Shown in pieces: positions 18,444 through 27,890 of a stretch of 29,349 nt of DNA. How positions within the stretch are numbered: the first letter of the stretch is position 1; the number at the start of each line of letters is the position of its first letter. Made by a program: the position numbers and the translations under genes. The DNA lies in the NCBI GenBank assembly GCA_052168235.1, contig JBQLZK010000074.1, positions 1-29,349 on the forward strand. Reading direction: 5' to 3'. The notes under the pieces were generated by a model. The model was not told the DNA's origin. It was given only the letters and a program-made list of their open reading frames with translations, and made no database searches. This DNA is from Thainema sp. (GTDB lineage: Bacteria > Cyanobacteriota > Cyanobacteriia > Phormidesmidales > Phormidesmidaceae).

Positions 18444-19334
18444 TCAAGCGTCATGGTGGAAGATTTGTTGAATGCCCACCGCTGGATCAGGATAGCGCAT
18501 CAGCGACTCTCCAATCAAAACGGCTTTTGCGCCAGCTTGTTGAACCTCTGCGATGTCGTCAGCCGTATGTAGACCCGACTCACTCACAATACAGATATCT
18601 CTTTGTTGAATTGTCTCCTGAAAAGCACTGGTTAGCTGACGTGTGGTAGACAAATCAATGGAAAAATCAGTTAAGTCACGATTATTGATGCCAATCAGCT
18701 GCACCTGTTCAATCCGCAGCACTCGCTCCATTTCAGCAGCATTATGCACCTCCACCAGCGGCGTCATGCCTAGACCATTAGCAATTTTGACGAAGTAGCT
18801 CAGATCTTTATCCGAGAGCACTGCGGCAATTAGCAGCACGGCGTCGGCTCCGTAGACCCGCGCCATGTACATTTGGTAAGGGTAAATAATAAATTCTTTA
18901 CACAGGAGCGGAATATCAACCGCTTGCCGCACTTGGGCTAAGTAGTCAAAGCTGCCCTGGAAAAACTTTTCGTCGGTCAGTACCGATAAACAGGTCGCGC
19001 CGCCTTTGACATAAGATTGTGCGATCGCAACTGGATCAAAATCTGCCCGGATGACTCCTTTACTGGGCGACGCTTTCTTCACCTCGGCAATCAGCGCAGG
19101 CTGAGTGCGTCCTTGTCGCAATGCCGCTAGAAAATCGCGGCTCGGCTCAGCCATTAAGACCCGTCGCTGAAGTTCCGATAGAGGCAGTTGCTGCCGAGTA
19201 CGCTCAACTTCGCTTTCCTTATACCAAATGATTTCTTCTAAGATGTGGCGCGGTTCGGCATTGGGCAAATCAATCTGATAGCGCAGACTACTGACTGCAA
19301 CAGAGGGGTTGGGGGGACGGCGGCGAATTTTCAT
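18444..19334 (-). CDS. trpC: Indole-3-glycerol phosphate synthase
   Basis: [53 protein letters not shown]. Cyanobacterial N-terminus [10 protein letters not shown] from ATG 19334. Confidence 0.96.
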   Translation of the reverse strand: MKIRRRPPNPSVAVSSLRYQIDLPNAEPRHILEEIIWYKESEVERTRQQLPLSELQRRVLMAEPSRDFLAALRQGRTQPALIAEVKKASPSKGVIRADFDPVAIAQSYVKGGATCLSVLTDEKFFQGSFDYLAQVRQAVDIPLLCKEFIIYPYQMYMARVYGADAVLLIAAVLSDKDLSYFVKIANGLGMTPLVEVHNAAEMERVLRIEQVQLIGINNRDLTDFSIDLSTTRQLTSAFQETIQQRDICIVSESGLHTADDIAEVQQAGAKAVLIGESLMRYPDPAVGIQQIFHHDA

Positions 19335-19564
19335 ATTGGAAAGGCGTTTATTAAGTATTCTGTGATAGTAAGGGAGTGCCTGAAGAGTAGGCAAGTTTCG
19401 GACAGGTGAGCTTACCGACTCAACGACGCAGAAACGCCCTTGGTGTTTCGAACTCTGGTTTATCCTATTGCAAAACGGCTTAAAGTGTTCAATTCGATCA
19501 TGCAGTGAATTCAGTTTCACTAGATGATTCAGCCAGTGTAGCGTTCACCTGAAATCAAGCCTCC

Positions 19565-20827
19565 ATGACTCCCTCTGATTTGCTTAAAGCTCTGTTTGAT
19601 GCCGCCGTCAAAGCAGCGTTGCCGCAGTATTGTCTCGCGCCGTACTTGCCGCCCAAACCGAAGGGACGAGTGGTTGTCGTCGGCGTTGGCAAGTCAGCGG
19701 CAGCGATGGCTCAGGCCGTGGAAGCCGTCTGGGGAACAGATTTGGAAGGATTGGTGATTACGCGCTACGGGCATCAGGTGCCGACGCAGGCCATTGAAGT
19801 CGTGGAAGCCGCTCATCCAGTGCCGGATTTGAACGGCGCGAAAGCAGCCCAGCGAATCTTCGACCTAGTTACGCCACTTACCGAAAATGATCTCGTACTC
19901 TGCTTGATTTCGGGCGGCGGTACATCGCTTTTCACCCTGCCGCCGGAACCGCTGACGCTGGAGGATCTGACCCAGATTAGTCGCCAGTTACTCAAATCCG
20001 GGGCGGATATTTCGGAAATGAATGCGGTGCGGAAAAGCCTATCGCGCTCGTCCGGGGGACGCTTGGCCGCTGCTGCGTATCCGGCCCAGGTGGTGTCGCT
20101 GATTATTTCCGACGTGCCGGGGGATGATTTGGCCGTGATTGCTTCGGGACCAACGGTGGGCGATACGGTGACGGTCGCAGATGCCCAGCGAATTATTCAA
20201 AAGTATAATCTTGCTGTTGCGCCACGGGTGCTGGAGTATCTGGAGCGCAATCCCTATCCGGTGATCCAACCCGACGATCCTCGGCTGCAAAAAACAAAAA
20301 ATATCTTGATTGCCACTCCCCAACAGTCGCTCGAAGCGGCGGCCCAGGTGGCTCGCGATCACGGTTACACACTCCTCATTCTCGGCAACTCCCTCGAAGG
20401 CGAAGCCAGCCAGGTGGGACTGGTTCACGCGGGTATTGCCAAACAGGTGGTGCATCACGGTCAACCGATTGCTCCACCCTGCGTCATCCTCTCCGGTGGA
20501 GAGACGACGGTGACGGTGAAAGGCGGCGCAGGCAAAGGCGGACGCAATAGCGATTTTTTGCTCTCACTTGCGATCTCACTTGATGGTTTACCAAATACCT
20601 ATGCGATCGCATGTGATACCGACGGGATCGACGGCAGCGAAGATAATGCTGGGGCACTGATTACGCCGGAAATCTTAGCACAGGCGCGTGGTAAAGGATT
20701 ACATGCGCCTCGTTATCTGGAAGAACACGACAGCTACAGCTTTTTTGCGGCGTTGGATGCATTGGTGACAACCGGGCCAACGCTGACCAATGTGAACGAT
20801 TTTCGCGCCATTTTAATCGAACCGTAG
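19565..20827 (+). CDS. Class II glycerate kinase (GckA/TtuD, DUF4147 + MOFRL domains)
   Basis: GVGKSAAAMA, EAAHPVPD, LISGGGTSL, ISDVPGDD..IASGPT, SGGETTV, GGRN, DTDGIDG, TGPTLTNVNDFR. Confidence 0.92.
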   Translation: MTPSDLLKALFDAAVKAALPQYCLAPYLPPKPKGRVVVVGVGKSAAAMAQAVEAVWGTDLEGLVITRYGHQVPTQAIEVVEAAHPVPDLNGAKAAQRIFDLVTPLTENDLVLCLISGGGTSLFTLPPEPLTLEDLTQISRQLLKSGADISEMNAVRKSLSRSSGGRLAAAAYPAQVVSLIISDVPGDDLAVIASGPTVGDTVTVADAQRIIQKYNLAVAPRVLEYLERNPYPVIQPDDPRLQKTKNILIATPQQSLEAAAQVARDHGYTLLILGNSLEGEASQVGLVHAGIAKQVVHHGQPIAPPCVILSGGETTVTVKGGAGKGGRNSDFLLSLAISLDGLPNTYAIACDTDGIDGSEDNAGALITPEILAQARGKGLHAPRYLEEHDSYSFFAALDALVTTGPTLTNVNDFRAILIEP

Positions 20828-20895
20828 GGGCGAATGGCCATTCACCCTTTCTTTAACGCGACACGGGGTAGGGCGAATGCCATTCGCCCCTACGG
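20822..20895. repeat. GTAG-type REP doublet (REPIN-like)
   Basis: 17-bp terminal inverted repeat CCGTAGGGGCGAATGGC (20822-20838) / GCCATTCGCCCCTACGG (20879-20895). Each half is itself a hairpin. Confidence 0.8.
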
Positions 20896-20902
20896 GGATA
20901 TC

Positions 20903-22261
20903 CTATTTCAAACGGGTTTGACAGATTTGGCGGAAATGGTCGCCGCGTTCTTCAAAACTGCGATATTGGTCAAAACTGGCGCAGGCCGGAGAAAACAGCA
21001 CCACGTTGATCTGGAAATGTTCGGCAATTTTGGCGGCACGGAGGACGGCACGTTCTAGGGTTTCCACAATTTCGTAGTCCGAATATTCCACCTGAGCCAA
21101 CCGTTCAGAAAAATCGGGCGCGGCTTTGCCAATCAGTAAAACCGCTTTAGCCTTCTGGCGAATGGCAGTTAGCCAGCCCTGGTCATCACCCTCTTTGGCC
21201 TCGCCGCCCGCAATCAGGATTACGGGCTGCTCAAAAGCGTTTAGACCCACTTCTGCCGCATCGTAGTTGGTCGCCTTGCTGTCGTTGACAAAGTCAATGC
21301 CGTGCCAGGTGCAGATATGCTCCAGCCGATGGGGCACACCGGGAAATTGCGCGATCGCACTTGCAATGACCTCTTTTCCAATCCCAGCCAGCCGTGCCGC
21401 CAGTGCTGCCATCAGCAGGTTCTGAGCGTTGTGACTGCCGACCATGCGCAGAGAAGCACTTTCGACAATGGCTTCCCCGTTGACGTAAACCCAGCCGTTT
21501 TCTATATAAGCGCTGGGTTCTAAAGGTGCGATCGCATTTTTACCCTTAACGCTTGTCCAATGGGCATTGGGCCAGCGGTCAGCCGTTTGCCGCAGGTAGG
21601 GATCGTCACCATTCAAAATTTGCAGCTCGGACTGCCGCAGCAGTTTGGCTTTGATGTCGTAATAGTTGTCCAGCGTGTAATGCCGGGCCAGATGATCCGG
21701 GGTAAAGGTTGTCCAGATGCCGATGCGCGGGGATAAGGTAGACGAGGACTCAATTTGATAGCTGCTAATTTCAGCAATCACCCAGTCCAGCTTCTGATCG
21801 GCCAGAGCCAGCTCACAGGCTGCATGGCCGATGTTGCCGCAGGCTGGAGCGTTCAGACCCGCAGATTGAAAAATGGCTGCGGTCAGTTCTGTGGTGGTGG
21901 TTTTGCCGTTTGTGCCCGTGATTCCCACCCAGGGGCAGTTCTGCAAATGCTGCCAGGCCAACTCCATTTCGCCAATCGTTTGAATTCCCTGCTCCCGCGC
22001 TTCGACGAGGGCCGGAATATCCCACGGAACGCCGGGACTCACCACGACCAGCTCTGCCGCATCGGTGGCGGGATCGTAACCATGACCGAGTCGAACCGGA
22101 ATATTGGCTTGGTTGAGTAACTGCTGCTGCGGTTTAGCTAGCTTGGCATTGGCATTGCGATCGCTGAGAACGACCTCCCAACCCTCTCGCTTCAGCAACC
22201 GGGCAGCAGCCACTCCGGATCGGCCCAGGCCGATGACATGTGCATTTTGAGCCTTAGACAT
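20903..22261 (-). CDS. murD: UDP-N-acetylmuramoyl-L-alanine--D-glutamate ligase
   Basis: [62 protein letters not shown]. Confidence 0.96.
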   Translation of the reverse strand: MSKAQNAHVIGLGRSGVAAARLLKREGWEVVLSDRNANAKLAKPQQQLLNQANIPVRLGHGYDPATDAAELVVVSPGVPWDIPALVEAREQGIQTIGEMELAWQHLQNCPWVGITGTNGKTTTTELTAAIFQSAGLNAPACGNIGHAACELALADQKLDWVIAEISSYQIESSSTLSPRIGIWTTFTPDHLARHYTLDNYYDIKAKLLRQSELQILNGDDPYLRQTADRWPNAHWTSVKGKNAIAPLEPSAYIENGWVYVNGEAIVESASLRMVGSHNAQNLLMAALAARLAGIGKEVIASAIAQFPGVPHRLEHICTWHGIDFVNDSKATNYDAAEVGLNAFEQPVILIAGGEAKEGDDQGWLTAIRQKAKAVLLIGKAAPDFSERLAQVEYSDYEIVETLERAVLRAAKIAEHFQINVVLFSPACASFDQYRSFEERGDHFRQICQTRLK

Positions 22262-22304
22262 GTTCAACTACTTGCCTTTACTGTTTGGCGTTGCTGATTT
22301 CAGC

Positions 22305-22350
22305 GATGAATGAGGATGTCCGGGCATAGCCTCTACATCCTACATTCATC
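22305..22350. other. Intergenic hairpin between glyS and murD
   Basis: GATGAATG-AGGATGT pairs with ACATCCT-A-CATTCATC (15 bp with a one-base bulge). No T tract. Confidence 0.45.
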
Positions 22351-22380
22351 CCCAGATTAAATAATTCCTACTGTTTCACG

Positions 22381-24546
22381 TTACTGTTTGACAATAGCAC
22401 CGAAGTCAGCCAGGACGCGCGCATGATTTCGCAGCAGACCCAGCAGGTTCAACCGATTTTGCCGAACTGCGGCATCATCGGCCATCACTAGGACACTCTG
22501 CTCCCCGTCAAAGAATTCGCTGACGATTGGAGCGGCCTGCTTCAAGCCCTCAACTAGCCTGTGATAGTCGCGCTCGGCTTGCGCTGCTTGGGTTTCCGGA
22601 ACTAGCTTCACCAAGATGTCGTAGAATGCTTGCTCCGTCGGCTGCTGGAACAGAGCGGGATCAATCACCGCTGATGGGTCAAGGGTTTGAGTGTCTAAAT
22701 CGCCTTTGAGCGCTAGTTTAGAGGCCCGATTCACGGTTTCGTAGATCACATCTAGAACGCCGTTTGTGCGGATCTCCTGCAAGAACAGTGCCCGATTGCG
22801 CACGTCCAGCAGGTCGATCAGCGCTCGCTCGGTGTATTCAGGATCATCTTCACCCAGGACGGCATTGACTAGGTCATAGTCAACGCCGCGCTCATCCTGC
22901 AGCAGGGTTTGAATCCGCTGGAGGAAGAAGCTTTGCAGTTGCGATCGCAATGTCTCGGCTTCTGTGCCGCCGGACACCTGGGTTTTGAAATCGGCAATCA
23001 CTTGCCCCAGCAGTTCGTTTAGATTAATCGGCAGATCGGCGTGCCAAACGATGTTGACAACTGCCGTTGCCGCCCGCCGCAGGGCAAAGGGATCGGAGGA
23101 ACCGGACGGAATCTGCCCCAGGCTGAAAATGCTGACCAGGGAATCCAGCCGATCGGCGATGCCGACAACCTGACCCGCCAGGGTGTCCGGTAGCTTGTCG
23201 CCTGCGCCACGCGGGAGGTAATGCTCAAAGATCGCCATCGCCACGGCTTCCGATTCGTCGCTGTGACGGGCGTACTTTTCGCCCATTACTCCTTGCAGCT
23301 CCGGAAACTCGCCTACCATTTGCGTCACCAGGTCGGCTTTGCAAAGGTGAGCAGCTCGCAGGATATCAGCTCGATCTTGGGCTGATATCCTGCTGGACTG
23401 CTGCAGCTGATGGGCAATCCGCTCAGCAACGGCTTCGATCCGCTCCACTTTCGCCAGCATCGATCCCAGGTCTTCCTGGAACGTCACCGTTTCAAGCTGC
23501 GCCACATAATGCTCTAGCGGCTGCTTGCGATCGGCATCAAAGAAGAACTTGCCGTCCGACAGCCGCGCCTGAATCACCCGCTCATTGCCGCGCGAAATAA
23601 TTTCTGACTTGGTCGGATCGCCATTGGCAACGGTGATGAAATAGGGCAGCAATTCTGACGCATCCGCCTGCTTCAGCACTGGAAAATAGCGCTGGTGGCT
23701 TTCCATCTCGGTAATCGCCACTTCCGAGGGCAGTTCCAAAAACGCCTCACTGAACTGACCTGCGATCGCAGTTGGCCATTCTACCAGTTGCGTCACCTCT
23801 TCCAGCAGACTGGGTGAAATAGAGGCCACACCCTTTAGCTCTTTGGCGACGGCTTCTGTCTGCTGCTGAATCGTCTCGCGCCGCCGATTGGGATCGACTT
23901 CCACATAGGCTGATCGCAGCGTTTCCACATACTGGTCTGCCGCTGGCACTCGAACTGGTTCAGGATGCAGCACTCGATGCCCGTGAGAGATGCAGTCGCT
24001 GGTGACTCGCTCGGAACCGTTTTCAATCACGATGGGCAGCACCGCATCATCCATCAGCGCCACCAGCCAGCGCACCGGACGCGAAAAGCGGACATCACCA
24101 TCGCCCCAGCGCATCAGCCGCTTGCCGTCCAGCTTCAAAATCCAGTCCGGCACCAGCTCAATCAAAATATCAGCGGTGCGTCGTCCGTTAATTTTCTGGG
24201 TGACAAAAACGAAATCTCCTTTGTCGGTGGAGCGAATTTCCAAATCCTCAACCGTTGCCCCCCGCGAGCGAGCAAATCCCTCCGCTGCCTTGGTCGGCTT
24301 GCCGTCCTTAAAAGCCGCTTGCGCGGGGGGACCCTTGGCTTCTTCTTCCCGGTCGGGCTGCTGTTCAGGTAAACCTTTAATCAGCGCCACTAATCGGCGC
24401 GGTGTGCCATAAATTTCAACCGATTCCGGCGTCAGAAACTGCTCGGCCAAACTCGGCTCAATCCGCGACTGCCACTGTGCGATCGCGTCTGATACAAATG
24501 CTGCAGGGAGTTCTTCGGTTCCAACCTCAAGTAAAAACGTTGCCAT
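22381..24546 (-). CDS. glyS: Glycine--tRNA ligase beta subunit
   Basis: [20 protein letters not shown]...[59 protein letters not shown]. Confidence 0.96.
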   Translation of the reverse strand: MATFLLEVGTEELPAAFVSDAIAQWQSRIEPSLAEQFLTPESVEIYGTPRRLVALIKGLPEQQPDREEEAKGPPAQAAFKDGKPTKAAEGFARSRGATVEDLEIRSTDKGDFVFVTQKINGRRTADILIELVPDWILKLDGKRLMRWGDGDVRFSRPVRWLVALMDDAVLPIVIENGSERVTSDCISHGHRVLHPEPVRVPAADQYVETLRSAYVEVDPNRRRETIQQQTEAVAKELKGVASISPSLLEEVTQLVEWPTAIAGQFSEAFLELPSEVAITEMESHQRYFPVLKQADASELLPYFITVANGDPTKSEIISRGNERVIQARLSDGKFFFDADRKQPLEHYVAQLETVTFQEDLGSMLAKVERIEAVAERIAHQLQQSSRISAQDRADILRAAHLCKADLVTQMVGEFPELQGVMGEKYARHSDESEAVAMAIFEHYLPRGAGDKLPDTLAGQVVGIADRLDSLVSIFSLGQIPSGSSDPFALRRAATAVVNIVWHADLPINLNELLGQVIADFKTQVSGGTEAETLRSQLQSFFLQRIQTLLQDERGVDYDLVNAVLGEDDPEYTERALIDLLDVRNRALFLQEIRTNGVLDVIYETVNRASKLALKGDLDTQTLDPSAVIDPALFQQPTEQAFYDILVKLVPETQAAQAERDYHRLVEGLKQAAPIVSEFFDGEQSVLVMADDAAVRQNRLNLLGLLRNHARVLADFGAIVKQ

Positions 24547-24603
24547 TCCAATGCCCAATTCGCTCTAAGAGGCTATTCAACTTCATCAGTTTATTGCTTG
24601 ATC

Positions 24604-24706
24604 TAAGTAGCTGCATATAAATAAAGGCATGTCAAAAAACCGGGGGAGCGCCCCTCCGGGGCGCTCCCCCGGTTTTTTAGATGCGTTTATTTATGCCACC
24701 TACTTA
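24604..24706. repeat. MITE-like palindromic element with TAAGTAG...CTACTTA ends
   Basis: Ends TAAGTAGCTGCATATAAATAAA / TTTATTTATGCCACCTACTTA enclose a perfect 21-bp inverted repeat (24634-24654 / 24658-24678). Confidence 0.65.
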
Positions 24707-24709
24707 AAC

Positions 24710-24750
24710 ATGAATGGGAGGTGGGAGCGGTGCTCCCACCTCCCATTCAT
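24710..24750. repeat. Perfect 19-bp inverted repeat
   Basis: ATGAATGGGAGGTGGGAGC-GGT-GCTCCCACCTCCCATTCAT. Confidence 0.75.
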
Positions 24751-24869
24751 ATCCAAAATCAAATAATCACTCACCAGTTTACCGCTGAGACCGGAGCAAC
24801 AACAGTCAATCTGCTTGACTTTCTGAATTCGTCACCCCATTCGTCATCACTTCTGCACCAATTCTGCAC

Positions 24870-24893
24870 AAAAAAGCCCCGCGAAGCGAGGCT
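24870..24893 (-). terminator. Intrinsic terminator downstream of ORF 24935-25426
   Basis: Minus strand AGCCTCGC-TTC-GCGGGGCT followed by a T run. Confidence 0.7.
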
Positions 24894-24934
24894 GTCAGGG
24901 GTTAGATATTTGAGCTATCAAGCCTCAACGAGAC

Positions 24935-25426
24935 TTAACTTTGGTTGCCACTAGGGTCGAACAGGTCGCTATTGGATGAAGGGGCTGCGATTGTATACAA
25001 GCTAGCACCAGTGAGGTTGCGCCCCATAAATGAGGCTCCCATCAAATCGGGGTGATGAATGCGGAAACTGTTGCTGCCAGCTTCAGTCAAATCAACAGAA
25101 TGAAGATCTTGGGCCGTCATCGGGCGAAGTGAGCCAGATGGATGAACGGAAAACTTGGACTGATCCAGCAGTCCAGCATGGGAAAGAGCAGAGACTCCCA
25201 TCGCCTGAGTCGTGACTTCAGTCGTTGGTGACAAAACTTGAACCGGGTTGGCCTGCACAACTTGATCAGGTTCTGCGATCGCAAGCCAAAAGGTTAAAAC
25301 CAGCCCGAGGAAGGCCAACGTACAGGTGACGCGTAAACTTGCGGCTTGCCAAGCTCGGCAAATCCACGCCAGTGGATTCACCCAACTCAGCTCCCAAACG
25401 CTTGTTTCTTCTTCAGTGGATTTCAT
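24935..25426 (-). CDS. Hypothetical membrane-anchored protein with short degenerate pentapeptide repeats
   Basis: One hydrophobic helix (TLAFLGLVLTFWLAIA). Units AQDLH SVDLT ... HPDLM GASFM GRNLT GASLY. Has its own downstream terminator. Confidence 0.6.
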   Translation of the reverse strand: MKSTEEETSVWELSWVNPLAWICRAWQAASLRVTCTLAFLGLVLTFWLAIAEPDQVVQANPVQVLSPTTEVTTQAMGVSALSHAGLLDQSKFSVHPSGSLRPMTAQDLHSVDLTEAGSNSFRIHHPDLMGASFMGRNLTGASLYTIAAPSSNSDLFDPSGNQS

Positions 25427-26025
25427 ATAAATTCGTGAAGTTTATCAACTGATGCTACGAGATGATGTGAAGTAGCAGAACTCTAAATTAGTCTATTTCT
25501 GCTACGAAGAATACACCCACTCAGGCCATTTTCAACCTTTCATGACAGGGATCAGAACTGATTCGGGCTTTCAATGTTGCTCTAATTACCTTTACAGGAT
25601 GATCCCAGTAGCTTTCCGTATAATTGCGATTGAGGCTTAAGGAAAGTTCATCTTGGGTATCGATAATATTACACCATGTAACTTTCTTGCACCATCATTT
25701 GGTAGAAAATTGGCAGAAACTTGTTGCTTACTCTGTAGTTTCAGGGTTTTGCTGTAAAGCTGTTTATGAGTCAATCAACTAAGATGAGTATAAATGCTTA
25801 TTAATAGTTGATTGGCCATTCATCGCTGCTAATCATGATTACCAATTCATTCGGTCATGCTGCTGATGAAATTACTGAAGTTATTGGATTTTCTTTCAAA
25901 GCTAGTTAGTGATCTCTGTAGAATCAGGTAGATCAAACAATTGTTAAGTTAGCTCCGCATAGTCAGACGCCTAACTATGCGGCAATAGCGACCAGTTTAA
26001 ATAAGTTGATTCACAGTCCGCGAAG

Positions 26026-26062
26026 AAAAAGAGCGTTTTATCGTCACAACAATAAAACGCTC
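26026..26062 (-). terminator. Probable intrinsic terminator after the M50-TPR gene
   Basis: GAGCGTTTTAT (26031-26041) / ATAAAACGCTC (26052-26062), with T5 following on the minus strand. Confidence 0.55.
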
Positions 26063-26114
26063 CTTCAAGTTTGATTTTGATACCTAGATAAGTAGCCTGT
26101 AAACCGTTCCATCT

Positions 26115-26143
26115 GTAGGGACACGGCATTGCCGTGTCCCTAC
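26115..26143. repeat. GTAG-type REP palindrome
   Basis: GTAGGGACACGGC-ATT-GCCGTGTCCCTAC, with perfect arms. Confidence 0.8.
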
Positions 26144-26195
26144 CCAAAGATTTCACCTGATTAAATCCGCGTTCCTAAGTAGCTGCATTAGCCCA

Positions 26196-27635
26196 TCACT
26201 CTGATTGATTCATCAAGTTTAGTTGGGAAAAATCGTGATGCTCACGCAGCAGTGCCAGATCCGGATCGGTTTGAATTTTCTGGTGCAGCCAGTCGTCGCC
26301 GTATTGCACTGCTTTCTGAACTGCCGCTAGGCCCGATGGGATATCTCCCAGCTTGGTGTAACAGCAGGCTTGGTTAAAGTAGGCACTGGCATTCGTTGGC
26401 TCAAGCTGGAGTACCTGATCAAGAACCGCGATCGCATCTTGATACCGCTGACTAAAATACAGGGCTGAACCTTTATCCATCAGCGCATCAATATTTCGAG
26501 GTTGTTTGGCAAGAATTTGATCGAAGAGTGCGATCGCAGCTTCATACTGATTGAGCGAGTTAAGAATACTGCCCTTTAAATACTGCAGCTCTGGCTCTTT
26601 CGGTCGAATTTGTAGTGCCTGATCGACCGAGTTGAGCGCCTCCTGATACCGCTGGAGACGGTACTGCATAATGCTCATGACGTGCCAAACTTCCCAAAAA
26701 TTGGGCTTTAGCTCCACCGCTTTTTGAAATGAAGCGAGGGCTTCCTCCGTGCGCTTGAGGTTTGCCAGTGCAAGTCCGCGCCGATACCAGGCCGTGATGT
26801 TTTTCGGGTTAGCCTCCACCATGTCGTCCAGCATTTCGAGCTGATCTTCCAGTTCTTCCGCTGAATAGGCTGGAGCGCTACTGCGAGCGGTGGAACCGCG
26901 CCGCTTATTGATTTGGCCAACAATCACCAGAATGATGATTACCGGGATCAGGATCTGGAACGCTCCCTGACGGAATATCGCGTAAGAGATCCCTTGGGTT
27001 TCCCACTGGACGCCAAGCTGATTGCCAACACCAAACACAATGCCCCAAAAGGCTTGGTTGACCTCTGGCGACAACCACAGAGCCGCAAACACCAAAATAA
27101 TGCCGAATCTGCCAAATTTACGCAGGCGCGTTTGTAGGGTACTGGGCAGCCAGGGTTCCAGAATGCCGTAGCCATCCAGCGGCGGCACGGGCAGCAGGTT
27201 CAACACTGCCGCCGCAATTTCGAGCACCAGGAGCAGTGCCAGAGCATAACCCAGCCAAGCTTCCTGGGGACTGGTTTCGCCAAGGTCGGGCCAGCCAATT
27301 TGGAGGACAACTGAAAGTGCGATCGCAAATAGCAGCGTCATGATTGGCCCAGCGGCAGAGACGGCACTTTTCCAAAAGCGACTGCGCAGTTTGCCGTGAT
27401 TGATATAAACGGCTGCCCCCGGTAGCGGAATACCACCGATTAGTAGGAAGAAAAGCGGCATTACGATGCTGAGATTGACATCCGTATATTTGAGCGGATT
27501 CAGCGTCAAATAGCCTTTTTCTTTCACTGACGTGTCGCCACCCCAATAGGCCACGATCGCGTGACCAAATTCATGCAGACAAACCGAGGCAATCCAAGCC
27601 GCAAAAACGGTGATCGTAAATGTGAGTTCTAGCAC
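26196..27635 (-). CDS. Site-2 protease (peptidase M50) fused to C-terminal TPR repeats
   Basis: HEFGH zinc motif, TLNPL, AAGP and NLLPVPPLDG within a multi-TM N-terminal half. About five to six TPR units follow (for example AWYRRGLALANLKRTEEALASFQKAVELKP). GTG start. Confidence 0.9.
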   Translation of the reverse strand: MLELTFTITVFAAWIASVCLHEFGHAIVAYWGGDTSVKEKGYLTLNPLKYTDVNLSIVMPLFFLLIGGIPLPGAAVYINHGKLRSRFWKSAVSAAGPIMTLLFAIALSVVLQIGWPDLGETSPQEAWLGYALALLLVLEIAAAVLNLLPVPPLDGYGILEPWLPSTLQTRLRKFGRFGIILVFAALWLSPEVNQAFWGIVFGVGNQLGVQWETQGISYAIFRQGAFQILIPVIIILVIVGQINKRRGSTARSSAPAYSAEELEDQLEMLDDMVEANPKNITAWYRRGLALANLKRTEEALASFQKAVELKPNFWEVWHVMSIMQYRLQRYQEALNSVDQALQIRPKEPELQYLKGSILNSLNQYEAAIALFDQILAKQPRNIDALMDKGSALYFSQRYQDAIAVLDQVLQLEPTNASAYFNQACCYTKLGDIPSGLAAVQKAVQYGDDWLHQKIQTDPDLALLREHHDFSQLNLMNQSE

Positions 27636-27701
27636 AATAGGAATTCCTAAAGAGGTTCCAACAACGAGGCTACGTAAATCTAGTCTGCCCAGTTCTACTT
27701 A

Positions 27702-27765
27702 GTAGGTTGGGTTGAGGTACGAAACCCAACGCCCGCATGGGTTACGCTTCGGTAACTCATCCTAC
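27702..27765. repeat. GTAG-type REP doublet (GTAGGTTGGGTTGA...CCTAC)
   Basis: GTAGGTTGGGTT-GAGGTACGA-AACCCAAC followed by an inverted degenerate copy ending AACTCATCCTAC. Confidence 0.75.
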
Positions 27766-27890
27766 AAAACTAGTCTGCCCAAATAAAAAAGATGGGTTGA
27801 TGCGATCGCAGTTCAGGATTGATTAAGGATAGCGCTCTAGCCTTTACTTACGTTACGCTAGCGCTATTCGTTTCTTCTACTTCCCCGATC

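Noticed and set aside
24560..24900. T-box riboswitch upstream of glyS
   Set aside because: No T-box consensus (AAnnnGGGTGGnACCRCG) was seen, and the perfect palindromes look repeat-derived.
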